From the NCBI GenBank assembly GCA_963663965.2, contig CAXXFK010000042.1, positions 1 through 64,000 on the forward strand: a stretch of 64,000 nucleotides of DNA, given 5' to 3'. The translations under genes and the position numbers were made by a program. Position 1 is the stretch's first letter. The number at the start of each line of letters is the position of its first letter. Below the pieces are notes generated by a model, which searched no databases, had not been told where the DNA came from, and saw only the letters and a list, made by a program, of their open reading frames with translations. Shown in pieces: positions 1-10,909 of the stretch. The stretch comes from Sedimentisphaerales bacterium. Its GTDB lineage: Bacteria > Planctomycetota > Phycisphaerae > Sedimentisphaerales > SM23-30.

Positions 1-1061
1 CAAACCAGATTCTCAGCTGGATTCCAGGTGATGGCTTTGATCCCGATCCTTTGAGTACGGATGAACACCAGATATATATTGCAGTTGGGTCGAATGAGCC
101 GGATTTGCCTTCCATTCCAACGGCCACGGTCAAATCGGCAGTATTTGATCCCAACCTGCAATGGCTGTCGCAATACGTCTGGCGTGTGGATGAGATTATC
201 GACGGCACGCGGTATCCCGGCGATGTGTGGAGTTTCACGACGGGGTCACTGCCTGGGGCCGTTGGGCACTGGACACTGGATGACGATAGCGGTGTGGTTG
301 CGACGGATTCAACCGACAACCGTTTTGATGCCCTCTTAAACGATGGATCAGACTGGACGGCCGGTCTTTTTGATGGCGCGTTATTGTATTCCTTGGATGC
401 ATCGCCAACCCTTGCAGAACCCCATCTGATCAGTGTTGATGAATTGTCATTTAGTGCCTGGTTCAATCATGCAGAAACAAGCTCCCATCAGTTTTTTGGG
501 GCAGGCATCAATAACGGCAGCAACGAATGGTATATTTATCGGTATGGCGGTTACGGGCACATTCAAATTGATACGCCCAGCGACAGTTCCAACACCTGGT
601 ACACGGGGGTGACCCCCTCGGATAACCAGTGGCATCATTTGGTGGTCACTTTTGACCGAACAGCCCGGACAATCCGGCTGTATCTGGACGGAGTCCGGCG
701 GGCTCAAACGGTTAAATCAGCGATGGGGCCTAAAACCCTGTATCAGCTTGAATGGGGGGAGGGCATGAACGGCATCATGGATGATATTCAGATTTATGAT
801 AAGGTGCTGACTGCGCAGGATGTGGCGGGTTTGTATCTTTGCGGGGAAATACCGTCCTTGGCGGATATAAACGGCGATTGCATTGTGGATTTGACAGACC
901 TTTCGCAAATGGCGGTTGAGTGGCTTATGGATGTGAATCCGGCGTGTGATCCGCCGCTGGCCGGGGATATCAACGATGATTGTGTGGTGGATATGACGGA
1001 TTTGGCTCAACTCGCTGCTGACTGGCTGATATGTAGGCATATCAGCGGTAATTGTCCCTGA
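1..1061 (+). CDS. 5'-partial secreted protein: LamG/concanavalin A-like domain plus two C-terminal dockerin-like (EF-hand) repeats
   Basis: Frame is open from position 3 (NQILSWIPG...). YVWRVDE..GDVWSFTT linker, LamG motifs (GHWTLDD, QWHHLVVTFD, LYLDG, GIMDDIQIYDKVLT), and ADINGDCIVDLTDL / GDINDDCVVDMTDL repeats. Confidence 0.85.
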   Translation, partial: NQILSWIPGDGFDPDPLSTDEHQIYIAVGSNEPDLPSIPTATVKSAVFDPNLQWLSQYVWRVDEIIDGTRYPGDVWSFTTGSLPGAVGHWTLDDDSGVVATDSTDNRFDALLNDGSDWTAGLFDGALLYSLDASPTLAEPHLISVDELSFSAWFNHAETSSHQFFGAGINNGSNEWYIYRYGGYGHIQIDTPSDSSNTWYTGVTPSDNQWHHLVVTFDRTARTIRLYLDGVRRAQTVKSAMGPKTLYQLEWGEGMNGIMDDIQIYDKVLTAQDVAGLYLCGEIPSLADINGDCIVDLTDLSQMAVEWLMDVNPACDPPLAGDINDDCVVDMTDLAQLAADWLICRHISGNCP

Positions 1062-1289
1062 TGAAACATCTTACAAATAAATTTCATGAGTGGATCAGAA
1101 AAAACGATAAAGCTATAGACTTGTTTTCAGACTTATACGCCTGTTTTTATGGATAGCGCCGCTTCCCTGTGTTGCAGTTGTCAAGGAGGGAGTTTAACAG
1201 GAAATCTTGATGTTAACGATGGCTCAATAAACAGCAGTATCACTGATTATATTGATATAGAGAAAAATTTCAGAGAAAGAGTGAGTATT

Positions 1290-2618
1290 ATGAAAATAAT
1301 CGAATTACTTCGGATGATAACAATTGTCATGCTTTTAGGAATTGCTTGTCCGCTTCAGGCATATCCAGCCGATTTTATATTCAAAGACGACACCTTGATA
1401 GGTGGTAACTTCCAGAGCCATAATCAGAAAGTCGTCTATACGGCTAACGGCATATTTCGCACTGCCGAGGGCGGGCGTGTCTATCACAGTACCGACGGCG
1501 GCAGCAGCTTTAACATGATCTATAACGCCAACATCACCGATCTTAGGTCCCCGACCATTGAGGCGGATGAAGACAATAATGTTTATGTGATTTACCCTGA
1601 AGGCGAGTACCGTAGGACGCGATTTCTAAAGTTCAGTCCGTCCAACGACTATGCCGCACCGGTGGTCAACAAGGCCCATACGCAGGCCTTTAGCGCCGCA
1701 AAATTCGCCTCATTTTACGATCCGACCCGCTCGGTGATTTATCACGTAACCCAATGGGGCTACTTGTTTACCTTCGATATGGACGGCAATTTCGTTCGCG
1801 GCAAGCAGCTTTTTACAGACGGATCGACCGGTTCGGCTCCGTCCTATCCTCACCTGTTTGTTGATGTTGACGGCATCATTCACTATGGCCTGACGACTCA
1901 CGATGCCGCTGGAGCCATCCCTTATGAGACGATTCGCTACCTGAAGTCGCTCGATGGTGGCATAACTTGGAAGAAAATGGACGGCACGACGGTCTCGACT
2001 CCAGCCAGCTCTGATCCTGACAGTACCGGCTCGACACGGATCAATCCAGCCAATAAAACGGCTTACACGACCTGGCTGGCCAATATGCACGCCAAGAACG
2101 GCAAGGTGCATTTTGTCTGGTATGTGCGCAATTGTGAAGGGCAGCCGACGATTACACAGTATATGCATTATAAGCGATACGATATTGACACCGGCATCTG
2201 CGATGTCGACAGTTCGCCAAACGGCACCGCCGGTGGGGACCCCCAATGGAAAGGGCAGGATTTAGCACTGATGAATTATTCGGCGGCGTTCGCTTCCAAT
2301 CCAGACACCCAAGGCGGACCTCTTTTGGTGGTCGGACATGAAGGCATCCAGCGGCTCATTGCATTGATTAGTTATGACGATGGACAAACCTGGAACGACT
2401 ATGCTTATTCTCGCTGGTTTTCACAGTGTTATGATGTTGGATTAGCACGTGCGATAACGGCGCTGAGGATGGCTATCGTGCAGCCGGCAGGAGTCAGAAC
2501 GCCTCTTACCCCAGGATTTCAAACGAGTTTTCGATGCCGATTGAGGGCAGCAGCGGAAAACTACGGGGCTGGAAAGGACAGCTTTATGAAGGCGGCATAC
2601 GGGTACCGGCAGTGGTGA
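1290..2618 (+). CDS. Secreted BNR/Asp-box (sialidase-like beta-propeller) protein; probably C-terminally truncated and running out of frame into a sulfatase remnant after ~2460
   Basis: Signal peptide from ATG 1290; Asp-boxes STDGGSSF, SLDGGITW, SYDDGQTW. The last ~50 codons are an alternative frame of the sulfatase. Confidence 0.7.
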   Translation: MKIIELLRMITIVMLLGIACPLQAYPADFIFKDDTLIGGNFQSHNQKVVYTANGIFRTAEGGRVYHSTDGGSSFNMIYNANITDLRSPTIEADEDNNVYVIYPEGEYRRTRFLKFSPSNDYAAPVVNKAHTQAFSAAKFASFYDPTRSVIYHVTQWGYLFTFDMDGNFVRGKQLFTDGSTGSAPSYPHLFVDVDGIIHYGLTTHDAAGAIPYETIRYLKSLDGGITWKKMDGTTVSTPASSDPDSTGSTRINPANKTAYTTWLANMHAKNGKVHFVWYVRNCEGQPTITQYMHYKRYDIDTGICDVDSSPNGTAGGDPQWKGQDLALMNYSAAFASNPDTQGGPLLVVGHEGIQRLIALISYDDGQTWNDYAYSRWFSQCYDVGLARAITALRMAIVQPAGVRTPLTPGFQTSFRCRLRAAAENYGAGKDSFMKAAYGYRQW

Positions 2619-3001
2619 GCTATCCAAAATTGTTGAAATCGGGCAAGGTTGAACAGCCGGTTCATATTGTGGATTGGATGCCGACACTGTGTGCAGTTGC
2701 CGGTTGCAGATTACCGGACAATGTCCAGGTCGATGGACAAAATATATGGCCCTGTATCACTGGTCAGAAAACACGAGATGAGCCGAGAGTCTTGTATTGG
2801 AGGACTCCTGATCAGATGGCGCTGCGAAAGGGGGATTGGAAGCTTATTATTCATACCGCCATTGACTCCCAAGCCGAGTTGTATAATATTCAGGCCGATC
2901 CCTTTGAAAAGGACAATTTAGCTGATACGTATCCAGAACGGGTAAAGCAGTTACAGGCATTACTCAATCAAGAACGGAACCAAGACAGTAACAAAAGTTA
3001 G
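2450..3001 (+). pseudogene. C-terminal third of an arylsulfatase; catalytic N-terminus missing
   Basis: In-frame CDNG (SDNG motif) at 2450, then LRGWKGQLYEGGIRVP, HIVDWMPTL, DGQNIWP, RKGDWKLI, ELYNIQADPFEKDNLA. No CxPxR motif; in-frame stop at 2432. Confidence 0.85.
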
Positions 3002-3129
3002 AGGCTGTGATGTATCGCTTGATCAGCCCGCTTTGAAATTACAGAACATAAAATGGAAATGCATTTGAGTCTGTTTGCTTTCTACAAATACAGACAATAA
3101 AGTTAATGAAATACATAATTGGAGACAGT

Positions 3130-6100
3130 ATGAAGCAGAGAAAAAAAATTACTGCATTATGCCAGCTCAGCGTTTACCTGATGTTTTCAATCACCGTTCA
3201 ATCCCTTCATGCAGAAAAAGAAGGGTTTACTGAGGATGATTTAACTGGACCAGGTAATATGATGAGTCGTTATCTCTTGGATCAGTCTGACGCTGCTTGG
3301 CAGCAGTGGCAGTTAAATTTTGAAGACGTCAAAACACCAGAGGAAATCCAGGCTTATCAGGAACGGATGCGACCCCTTTTTTTGAAAAGTCTGGGTGATT
3401 TCCCAGAACGCACGCCGCTTAATGCGCAGGTGGTTGGTACACTGCAGCGGCCGGGATACCGAGTTGAAAAGATTCTTTTCGAAAGCCAGCCCCGGTTTCA
3501 TGTGACCGGATCACTGTTTATTCCCGATTCCGATAAATGGCCCGCTCCTTATCCAGGGGTATTGGTACCCTGTGGTCACACCGAGAACGGAAAAGCGTGG
3601 GATGAGTACCAGTCCATGGGGGCTCTGTTAGCGCTGAATGGCATGGTTGCGTTGGTTTACGATCCGGTGGATCAGGGCGAACGCATGCAAATAGTCAATA
3701 AGGACGGCATATACCCTTTTTGGGGCACACGAGGGCACACGATGGCTGGGATTGGCTGTATCCTGCTGGCTCGAAATACGGCCACCTATGAGATATGGGA
3801 CGGAATGCGTGCAATCGACTATCTGCAATCCCGGCCGGAGGTCGATCCTGAACGGATCGGCTGTACCGGCAACAGCGGCGGGGGCACACAAACCTCAATG
3901 TTGATGGCTTTGGATCCACGCATCAAAGCAGCGGCACCAAGTTGCTGGATCGAAACCAAAGCAAGACAGTTGCAAGGTCCAACAGGAGATGCAGAACAAA
4001 ATATTTATGCAGGACTCAAGAACGGACTAGAGCATGCGGACTTCATTATGATGTGTGCGCCTAGTCCGGTGCTGGTGTGTGCGGCTACCAAAGATTTCTT
4101 TGACATTAGGGCTACATGGGAGGCCTTTCGTTACGCCAAACGTCGCTTTACCACTATGGGACATGCGGAAAAAGTGGATATTCTCGAAAATGATGCCGGT
4201 CATAATTATAATCGAACCCAACGGGAAGGGGTGGCTCGTTGGATGGCACGATGGCTTCAAGATCGTGTGGTAACGATTAATGAACCTGAGCTTGATTTGT
4301 TTTCAGAAAAAGAGTTGCAGTGTACTCCACGAGGGCAGGTGATGCTGCTGGCCGGTGAACGGTCTATGTACGATATAAATAAGGAGATGGAAACACAGTA
4401 TGCCGGCTTGCGTGCAAAGCGACTCAAAGAAATGACATTGGAGGAGATACAGTCAAAAATTCGGAACATTGCGGTTATTCGCAAATTGGAACAACTGCCG
4501 CCTCCCAAAGTTGAAAAGCATCAGACAACGCAATCGGATGGTGGTAGTGTTTGCTATTATACTATTTGGCCGGAAGATGGTATCTGGCTGCCGGCGGTAT
4601 TGTACTGTCCCGCAACAGTTGAAAAGGATCCTATTTTGTTACTGCATGAAAATGGGAAAAAGGCTGTCGAGGAGGAATCGCTTCGTCGAATGAAAAGTGG
4701 TCAACCGGTACTGGCTGTCGACCTGCGGGGCACGGGTGAGACTGAACAGACGGCACAAACCAAATTTGGCAAACTAATAGGTTTGGACTGGGAGGATTAT
4801 TACAGGGGCTATGTATTGGGCCGATCGTATGTCGGTATGCGTGCTGAAGATATTTTGATCTGTGCCCGCTGGCTTGGGAGCCAGTATCAAACGGATGCTG
4901 TGGCGGTTGATGCGACCGGGCATATTGGTGTTCCTGCATTGCATGCGGCCGCTTTGGAACCCCATCTGATCAAAACGCTGCATCTTGATCAGACCTTAGC
5001 ATCCTGGCGTTCTGTCGTTTCTCAACGCCCCACCTACAATCAATTAATCAATACGATTCATGGCGCCCTGCGGGTTTATGACCTGCCGGATCTGGCGGCC
5101 TTACTGCAGGATCGGATCACGATCGAGCATCCTGTTGATGCTCAGCGCAATCCACTGCCACAATTACAGCAATCTTATACCGTTGTCCGGGATTCAAAAG
5201 AACCAACTTTCGATATTACTGATTATGGAGCGTTTGCCGGGGGCGAAAAATTATGTACTGCAGCGATTCAAAAGGCCATTGATGCGTGTCATCAGGCTGG
5301 CGGCGGACAGGTTATTGTGCCGAAGGGGACTTTCTTGTGCGGCGGCTTGATTCTCAAAAGCAATGTTAATTTGTATTTGGCCGAGGGGGCTCGACTTCTC
5401 GGTAGTGCAAATCTTGAGGATTATCCGATCAAGATTCCAGAATTTAAATCCCGGACCAACGATCTTTATGTCAACCGGAGCATTCTTTATGCTGAAAAAG
5501 CGAAAAATGTTTCGGTGACTGGCCCCGGGATAATCGACGGCAATGGGCGTGATCCAGCGTTTAGCCGCACCTATCCTCAGAAAAATCGACCGTTTGTGGC
5601 TCGTTTTGTTGAATGTCAAAATCTGACCATCCGGAATGTATCGATGTTGGAGTCGGCAAACTGGACCTGTCATCTGCTTGGTTGTGATCAGGTGACAGTT
5701 GATGGTCTAAAGATTCGCAACTCTGTTCGTGCTAACCGCGACGGACTTGATATTGACAGCAGTCGAAATGTGTCGGTGACCAATTGCCAAATATATTCCC
5801 AAGATGACGCGATTGTACTCAAGAGTACGTCTTACGAGCCGGCCAAGCAGATCCTGATAGAAAATTGTGAAGTCTCTTCTCATGCCTCCGGGATTAAAAT
5901 GGGAACCGAATCCAGCCGCGGTTTTGAAGATGTCATTATCCGCCACTGCAAGATACGGGATGTGCCAAATGTCTCAGGACTGGGTTTTATGATTGTCGAT
6001 GGAGGTTCAATCCGGAATATCCAGGTCAGTGACATTGTAATGGATCGTGTCAATGTGCCCATCTTCCTGCGTCTGGGTAAACGATCCCGTCCTGTTGCCG

Positions 6101-7029
6101 CGGGCGATCCGGTTCCGGGGGTTGGTATTGTCGAAGATGTTTCTTTTTCAAATATTACCGCAAAACATGCGGGATATCCCTGTAATATATCCGGCCTGCA
6201 TGAACGAAAAATTGACAGCATTTCATTCAAAAATATTTCACTGCAGTTTGATTACCAGGGCCAGACCGATCCGGTAGCTTATAATAAAGTTCCGTTCAAA
6301 GAACAGTCTTATCCCTACGGCAACCTCTATGGAGACAGTATTCCGGCATCGGCATTTTATTTTCGGAATGTATCCAATCTAAGCCTGCAAGATATCAATA
6401 TTGAAATAACCGGTCGAAACGAACGCGTACCATTTGTGCTGGACAGGATTAAGGATGCAAAGTTGCGTAATTGTAATATTGAAAGCTCAATCGATCTGGA
6501 ATCTTTTTTCTATATTAGGAATGCCGCAAATGTAAGCCTTCAGGGGCGTAATCGAAAAGACGGGCTTGCCTATGTGATTTATGAAAAAGACAACTGCTAC
6601 GATTTAAGTTTGAAAGAGATGCCGGGCGATGGAATGTTGGGTTACCGTGAAGTGGAATCTTTGCCGGATAAAACATACGAAGATGTTTCGGCTTACTCTC
6701 GCGTGAAATTCGAGGGGGATACCTACCGAGGAAAATCCTGTATAAAGCTGGATCAGAAAAACACTTTTACCCTTGATGCTAAAAAGGGAAGTCCGTGTCA
6801 GATTCTTTTTTTAGCTGCCTGTGAGCAGGACGAAGCTCAGAGAGTTGAGTTACTTATCAATCAAAAGCGATGCAACATCGAAGTTGATTCGGCGGAATGG
6901 AGATGGAGTTCCATTTATATTCTGGAGCCGCTTGAAACATCAACGGTGACCTTGGAACTGCTTGGCAAACTGCAATCCTGTGTTCGTATTGCCGAAGCGG
7001 CTCTGGTTCGTAAAGCGATAACGGATTAA
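3130..7029 (+). CDS. Fusion of acetylxylan-esterase-like alpha/beta hydrolase domains and a GH28 polygalacturonase
   Basis: Esterase motifs WDGMRAIDYL..RPEVD..RIGCTGNSGGG; GH28 motifs AIQKAIDAC..GGGQV.VP.G.F, NRDGLDID, QDDAIVLKS, GIKMGTES. GGAG RBS before ATG 3130. Confidence 0.85.
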   Translation: MKQRKKITALCQLSVYLMFSITVQSLHAEKEGFTEDDLTGPGNMMSRYLLDQSDAAWQQWQLNFEDVKTPEEIQAYQERMRPLFLKSLGDFPERTPLNAQVVGTLQRPGYRVEKILFESQPRFHVTGSLFIPDSDKWPAPYPGVLVPCGHTENGKAWDEYQSMGALLALNGMVALVYDPVDQGERMQIVNKDGIYPFWGTRGHTMAGIGCILLARNTATYEIWDGMRAIDYLQSRPEVDPERIGCTGNSGGGTQTSMLMALDPRIKAAAPSCWIETKARQLQGPTGDAEQNIYAGLKNGLEHADFIMMCAPSPVLVCAATKDFFDIRATWEAFRYAKRRFTTMGHAEKVDILENDAGHNYNRTQREGVARWMARWLQDRVVTINEPELDLFSEKELQCTPRGQVMLLAGERSMYDINKEMETQYAGLRAKRLKEMTLEEIQSKIRNIAVIRKLEQLPPPKVEKHQTTQSDGGSVCYYTIWPEDGIWLPAVLYCPATVEKDPILLLHENGKKAVEEESLRRMKSGQPVLAVDLRGTGETEQTAQTKFGKLIGLDWEDYYRGYVLGRSYVGMRAEDILICARWLGSQYQTDAVAVDATGHIGVPALHAAALEPHLIKTLHLDQTLASWRSVVSQRPTYNQLINTIHGALRVYDLPDLAALLQDRITIEHPVDAQRNPLPQLQQSYTVVRDSKEPTFDITDYGAFAGGEKLCTAAIQKAIDACHQAGGGQVIVPKGTFLCGGLILKSNVNLYLAEGARLLGSANLEDYPIKIPEFKSRTNDLYVNRSILYAEKAKNVSVTGPGIIDGNGRDPAFSRTYPQKNRPFVARFVECQNLTIRNVSMLESANWTCHLLGCDQVTVDGLKIRNSVRANRDGLDIDSSRNVSVTNCQIYSQDDAIVLKSTSYEPAKQILIENCEVSSHASGIKMGTESSRGFEDVIIRHCKIRDVPNVSGLGFMIVDGGSIRNIQVSDIVMDRVNVPIFLRLGKRSRPVAAGDPVPGVGIVEDVSFSNITAKHAGYPCNISGLHERKIDSISFKNISLQFDYQGQTDPVAYNKVPFKEQSYPYGNLYGDSIPASAFYFRNVSNLSLQDINIEITGRNERVPFVLDRIKDAKLRNCNIESSIDLESFFYIRNAANVSLQGRNRKDGLAYVIYEKDNCYDLSLKEMPGDGMLGYREVESLPDKTYEDVSAYSRVKFEGDTYRGKSCIKLDQKNTFTLDAKKGSPCQILFLAACEQDEAQRVELLINQKRCNIEVDSAEWRWSSIYILEPLETSTVTLELLGKLQSCVRIAEAALVRKAITD

Positions 7030-7063
7030 TAAAAACTCAAAAGGTAAGGAAAGGCACGTAGAA

Positions 7064-10000
7064 ATGTCAGTCAAACAACTTATATGGATTACAGCGATAA
7101 CCGCAAGCTTAAGTTTTCAATCTATTTTTGCGAGGGAGGCTTCAAATCTACAGATACCTGAGGAGATTATGCCGATCCAGGCGCCGTTTAGGATGCCGCA
7201 ATTGAAACGGCCACAGTTTCCGGACCGGACGTTTGATATTCGTGATTATGGAGCAGTTCAATGCAAGTGGGATGCGGATAAACAGCAGAAAAGTACCGAT
7301 GCGATTGGCAAGGCGATTGAAGCCTGCCACCAGGCCGGCGGCGGTAAAGTCCTGATCCCTGCAGGGGATTGGATAACCGGAGCGATCCATTTAAAAAGCC
7401 ATGTCAATCTGTATATTGCTGAAGGGGCGGTGGTTCATTTTAGTAATGACCTGAAGGATTATTTGCCGATGGTTCACATTCGTTCTGAAGGGGTGGAGTG
7501 TTATAATTACTCTCCTTTGATCTATGCCCCTCACGCTGAGAATATCGCCATTACCGGCAAGGGCACGTTCCACGGTCATGGCCGCTGGTGGTGGTCCTGG
7601 TTTAAAAAGAATTACCGCATGGACCGCAGCAAAGCCTCTAAGGTTGCCCTGAAAGATCGCCCGTTTGGCAAAGGGGCCGGTCTGGAGGGGATGCGGCCGT
7701 CCTTTATCATGCCCTGGAAGTCCAAGAACATCCTAATCGAAGGAATCACGCTGATCGAGTCTCCCATGTGGAACGTTCACCCTGTTTACAGCGAGAATAT
7801 CATTGTTCGTGGGATCACGATTCACAGCCTTGATTCCCCGAACGGCGATGGAATTAATCCCGACTCGTGTAAAAATGTCCTGATTGAATACAATCATCTT
7901 CAAACGGGTGATGACGCGGTTACGATCAAGTCCGGCTTAAATGAAGACGGACTTAATATTGGTATCCCCTGTGAAAATATCGTTGTCCGAAATTTTGTCG
8001 CGCGTGATGTGCGAACCGGCAGCGGAGGAATTGTTTTCGGCAGTGAAACCTCCGGTGGGATTCGCAATGTGTATGTCCATAACGCTCTATTTGAGGGCTG
8101 TGACCGGGGCATTCGTTTTAAGACAGCACGCGGTCGCGGCAATGTCGTTGAGAATATTTACATTCGTGATGTCCAAATGAACGACATCAAATATTCGGCC
8201 ATTAACATTAACTCCTACTATGAACGCAATGCAATCGGTAAATCCCCGCTGTTCCGGAATATGGTCATTCGTGATATTCAGGTCGACGGCGCCCGTATTG
8301 CGATTGAGGTGACGGGTTTGCCTGAAAAGTGGATAGAAAACATTAACATCAAAGATGCAGTTTTCAAAAATGTTGACGGCGGTGCTGATTTTCATCGGGT
8401 TAAAGAATTGTCGCTTGAAAATGTGACAATTGATTCAAAAGGACGTCCGATTGATCTTGAGGATGTATTTGCAGTGTCGATTAAAAATGTTGAACTAAAC
8501 GGAGAAAAGCAAGTCCCTCCCATTCAAATTCGTGGTTCAGAAAGTGGGGCAATTACTATTGAAGGATTAGCTCCTGAACAAGTTGAGTGTTCGAGTGAGA
8601 TCCGGAAAAATGGAATTAAAATTAGCGACGGTCTGGGAAGAGCCCCTTGGTCAAAGCAGGGTGTTGCAGGATTCAGGAAGGACTTAGCCAAGCAAGAGAG
8701 GCTTGAAAGTCAGCTGACTTCGAACATATCTATCGAGGATTCCGCCGATTTACTTGAATTTAGCGATAGTGCCGTCGGCCTTATTGCGGCCAAGTCTGCA
8801 AGGGGGACGTTGAAGGGGCAAACGTGCCAACTGAAAACACAAACCGACAACCAGCGAACCGGGGTGTCACTGGAAGTCAATGGACAGGTTTTACTAACTT
8901 CGCCGCCGGAAGGGCTTTGGTCGGTGGCGACCGGATGGGAAGATGACTGGCCTACTGACTGGGTACATGGATCGCCTGAGATGATCGAGCAGCAGGGGCC
9001 GTGGCTGGTGATGGACGGTTCGGTTCGGACTGATGAAGGCGACTGGAAAATTTGGGATGCTTATATTGCCGAAGGCCGCCTGATTCGCGGTGTGCGGCGA
9101 TGGACCTGGACGGGCAAAAGGCCTGCTAAAAAAGTGTCGCTGTCAGTGCGTTTTCAGTCGCCGGATTCCGGTGCCGCGAACTTTATGCCAGGGATTTGTT
9201 ACTACGGTAATCCCGCCGATAAGCCGCCGCGAGTGGCAAAATTCAGCGGCAAACCAGGTGAGGAACTGCTGTGTGAGGAACACCGGTTCGGGATGCCGTT
9301 TGCCTCACTGGAGTGGGATTTAAATCAGCAGTGTTACGGCGTAGCTCTGCACACCATGCCGTCGTTGACGCCGTTTGCCAACGTGGCCGATCAGTGGTGG
9401 TCTTTGGGGGGGATCGGTCGTGACAATGCGACGGAGTTGACATTATTAAGCGGTCCCTGTTCGCTGAACGGTCAGCGCAGCTTTGTCAAAGCCAATCAGG
9501 ACCGATCGCTGAAGTATCCGGATATGTGGATGGATGTGCCGCCAGGGGCGGTGATTGAAAAGACGTTCTACCTGGAGGCCTATCCGGTTGCCGCCAAAGG
9601 CAAGGGCTTCCAGCATTCAATCCGGTCGTCGGTCGAGCTGTTTCATCCGTACAGTACGGACGGTATGCCGACATTTGATGAAATCATTGAAGGCAAGTAC
9701 CGGTTTACGGTGTCCCGCTGGCATGAGGACACCGAGTCGGCGGGGATCCGCAAGTATCCGCATAACAATGACTATGTGATGGGTTGGGCCGGCCAGTCGG
9801 ATGCGCCGGGATATGCGCTTCTGGCACTATCTGAACGTTTGGGTGACCCGAAGGCCATGGAGATGGCCCAGCGGCTGATGGATCATCTGACGACTTCCCC
9901 GTTTAATGAAGACGGTTTTATGGTTCGTTACAATCCGGACAAGAATCAGTGGCATAGTCAGGATCCTATTTCACAGGGCCAGGCGATGGAAAGTTTTGGG

Positions 10001-10789
10001 CGGGCAATTCTGATCGGCCAAACCATGGATAAGATTGATACCTCAAAATGGGAAGCATTTTTGAAAAAGGCCTGTGATATTCACGCCGCTCGGATTTTGG
10101 ATTCAGCGTGGCGACCGCGGTCAACCAATCAAGGTTTTTTGGTTTCGCCTCTGTGCAAGGCTTATCGACTGTTTGGAAATGAGGTTTATAAACGGGCCGC
10201 GACCAAAGCTACCGAGCATTACGCCGCTCGTCACTTGGATATGACCGAACCGTACTGGGGTGGTACGCTGGACGCCCGCTGCGAGGACAAGGAAGGGGCC
10301 TGGGCGGGTTTTCAGGCATTTTTAGCCATGTACGAGATGACCAAAGAGAAAAAATATCTGGACTGGGCCGAACACGCGATGGATGTGACGCTCAGCTATA
10401 CCGTGGTGTGGGATATTGATATGCCGCCGGGGCGATTGCGGGATCACAACTTCAAATCTCGCGGCTGGACGGTGGTTTCAGCGCAGAATCAGCATCTGGA
10501 TGTTTACGGTGTGCTTTATACGCCGGAAATATACAGGATGGGACAGTATCTCGGACGGGAGGATTTGAAAAAGTTGGCGATTGTGATGTATCGCAGTTGT
10601 GGTCAGTTGATTGACCCGTTCGGCAGTCAGGGCGAACAGATTCAGCACACAAATTTTTCGCAGCGTGGAAACATGGATGATGTGACACGGATGCGGGGCG
10701 GTTACTCCGAGGGCTGGACGGTGTATTGGATTACGGCACACTTCCTCAATGCTGCTGCCCAGTTTCAGGAAATGGGCCTCCTGAAATAG
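7064..10789 (+). CDS. GH28 polygalacturonase fused to a ~650-aa uncharacterised C-terminal module (probable (alpha/alpha)6 barrel)
   Basis: NGDGINPDS, GDDAVTIKSG, GGIVFGSE and GIRFKT motifs. The C-terminal part is helical and Trp/Tyr-rich (YWGGTLDARCEDKEGAW). Confidence 0.8.
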   Translation: MSVKQLIWITAITASLSFQSIFAREASNLQIPEEIMPIQAPFRMPQLKRPQFPDRTFDIRDYGAVQCKWDADKQQKSTDAIGKAIEACHQAGGGKVLIPAGDWITGAIHLKSHVNLYIAEGAVVHFSNDLKDYLPMVHIRSEGVECYNYSPLIYAPHAENIAITGKGTFHGHGRWWWSWFKKNYRMDRSKASKVALKDRPFGKGAGLEGMRPSFIMPWKSKNILIEGITLIESPMWNVHPVYSENIIVRGITIHSLDSPNGDGINPDSCKNVLIEYNHLQTGDDAVTIKSGLNEDGLNIGIPCENIVVRNFVARDVRTGSGGIVFGSETSGGIRNVYVHNALFEGCDRGIRFKTARGRGNVVENIYIRDVQMNDIKYSAININSYYERNAIGKSPLFRNMVIRDIQVDGARIAIEVTGLPEKWIENINIKDAVFKNVDGGADFHRVKELSLENVTIDSKGRPIDLEDVFAVSIKNVELNGEKQVPPIQIRGSESGAITIEGLAPEQVECSSEIRKNGIKISDGLGRAPWSKQGVAGFRKDLAKQERLESQLTSNISIEDSADLLEFSDSAVGLIAAKSARGTLKGQTCQLKTQTDNQRTGVSLEVNGQVLLTSPPEGLWSVATGWEDDWPTDWVHGSPEMIEQQGPWLVMDGSVRTDEGDWKIWDAYIAEGRLIRGVRRWTWTGKRPAKKVSLSVRFQSPDSGAANFMPGICYYGNPADKPPRVAKFSGKPGEELLCEEHRFGMPFASLEWDLNQQCYGVALHTMPSLTPFANVADQWWSLGGIGRDNATELTLLSGPCSLNGQRSFVKANQDRSLKYPDMWMDVPPGAVIEKTFYLEAYPVAAKGKGFQHSIRSSVELFHPYSTDGMPTFDEIIEGKYRFTVSRWHEDTESAGIRKYPHNNDYVMGWAGQSDAPGYALLALSERLGDPKAMEMAQRLMDHLTTSPFNEDGFMVRYNPDKNQWHSQDPISQGQAMESFGRAILIGQTMDKIDTSKWEAFLKKACDIHAARILDSAWRPRSTNQGFLVSPLCKAYRLFGNEVYKRAATKATEHYAARHLDMTEPYWGGTLDARCEDKEGAWAGFQAFLAMYEMTKEKKYLDWAEHAMDVTLSYTVVWDIDMPPGRLRDHNFKSRGWTVVSAQNQHLDVYGVLYTPEIYRMGQYLGREDLKKLAIVMYRSCGQLIDPFGSQGEQIQHTNFSQRGNMDDVTRMRGGYSEGWTVYWITAHFLNAAAQFQEMGLLK

Positions 10790-10909
10790 ATGTTTGCTTC
10801 ACCGACAGAATCGCATTGTAAACTGTCTCTTGCAAGTCGATTTTGATCGAAATGCGTCAGTCAGTTTAAGCGGGTTTGGAAAATGTAATTGAATGAAAGA
10901 ATGTATATT

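Noticed and set aside
2534..3001. Intact standalone 155-aa sulfatase
   Set aside because: It lacks the formylglycine CxPxR motif, and homology extends upstream of the ATG to a junction.
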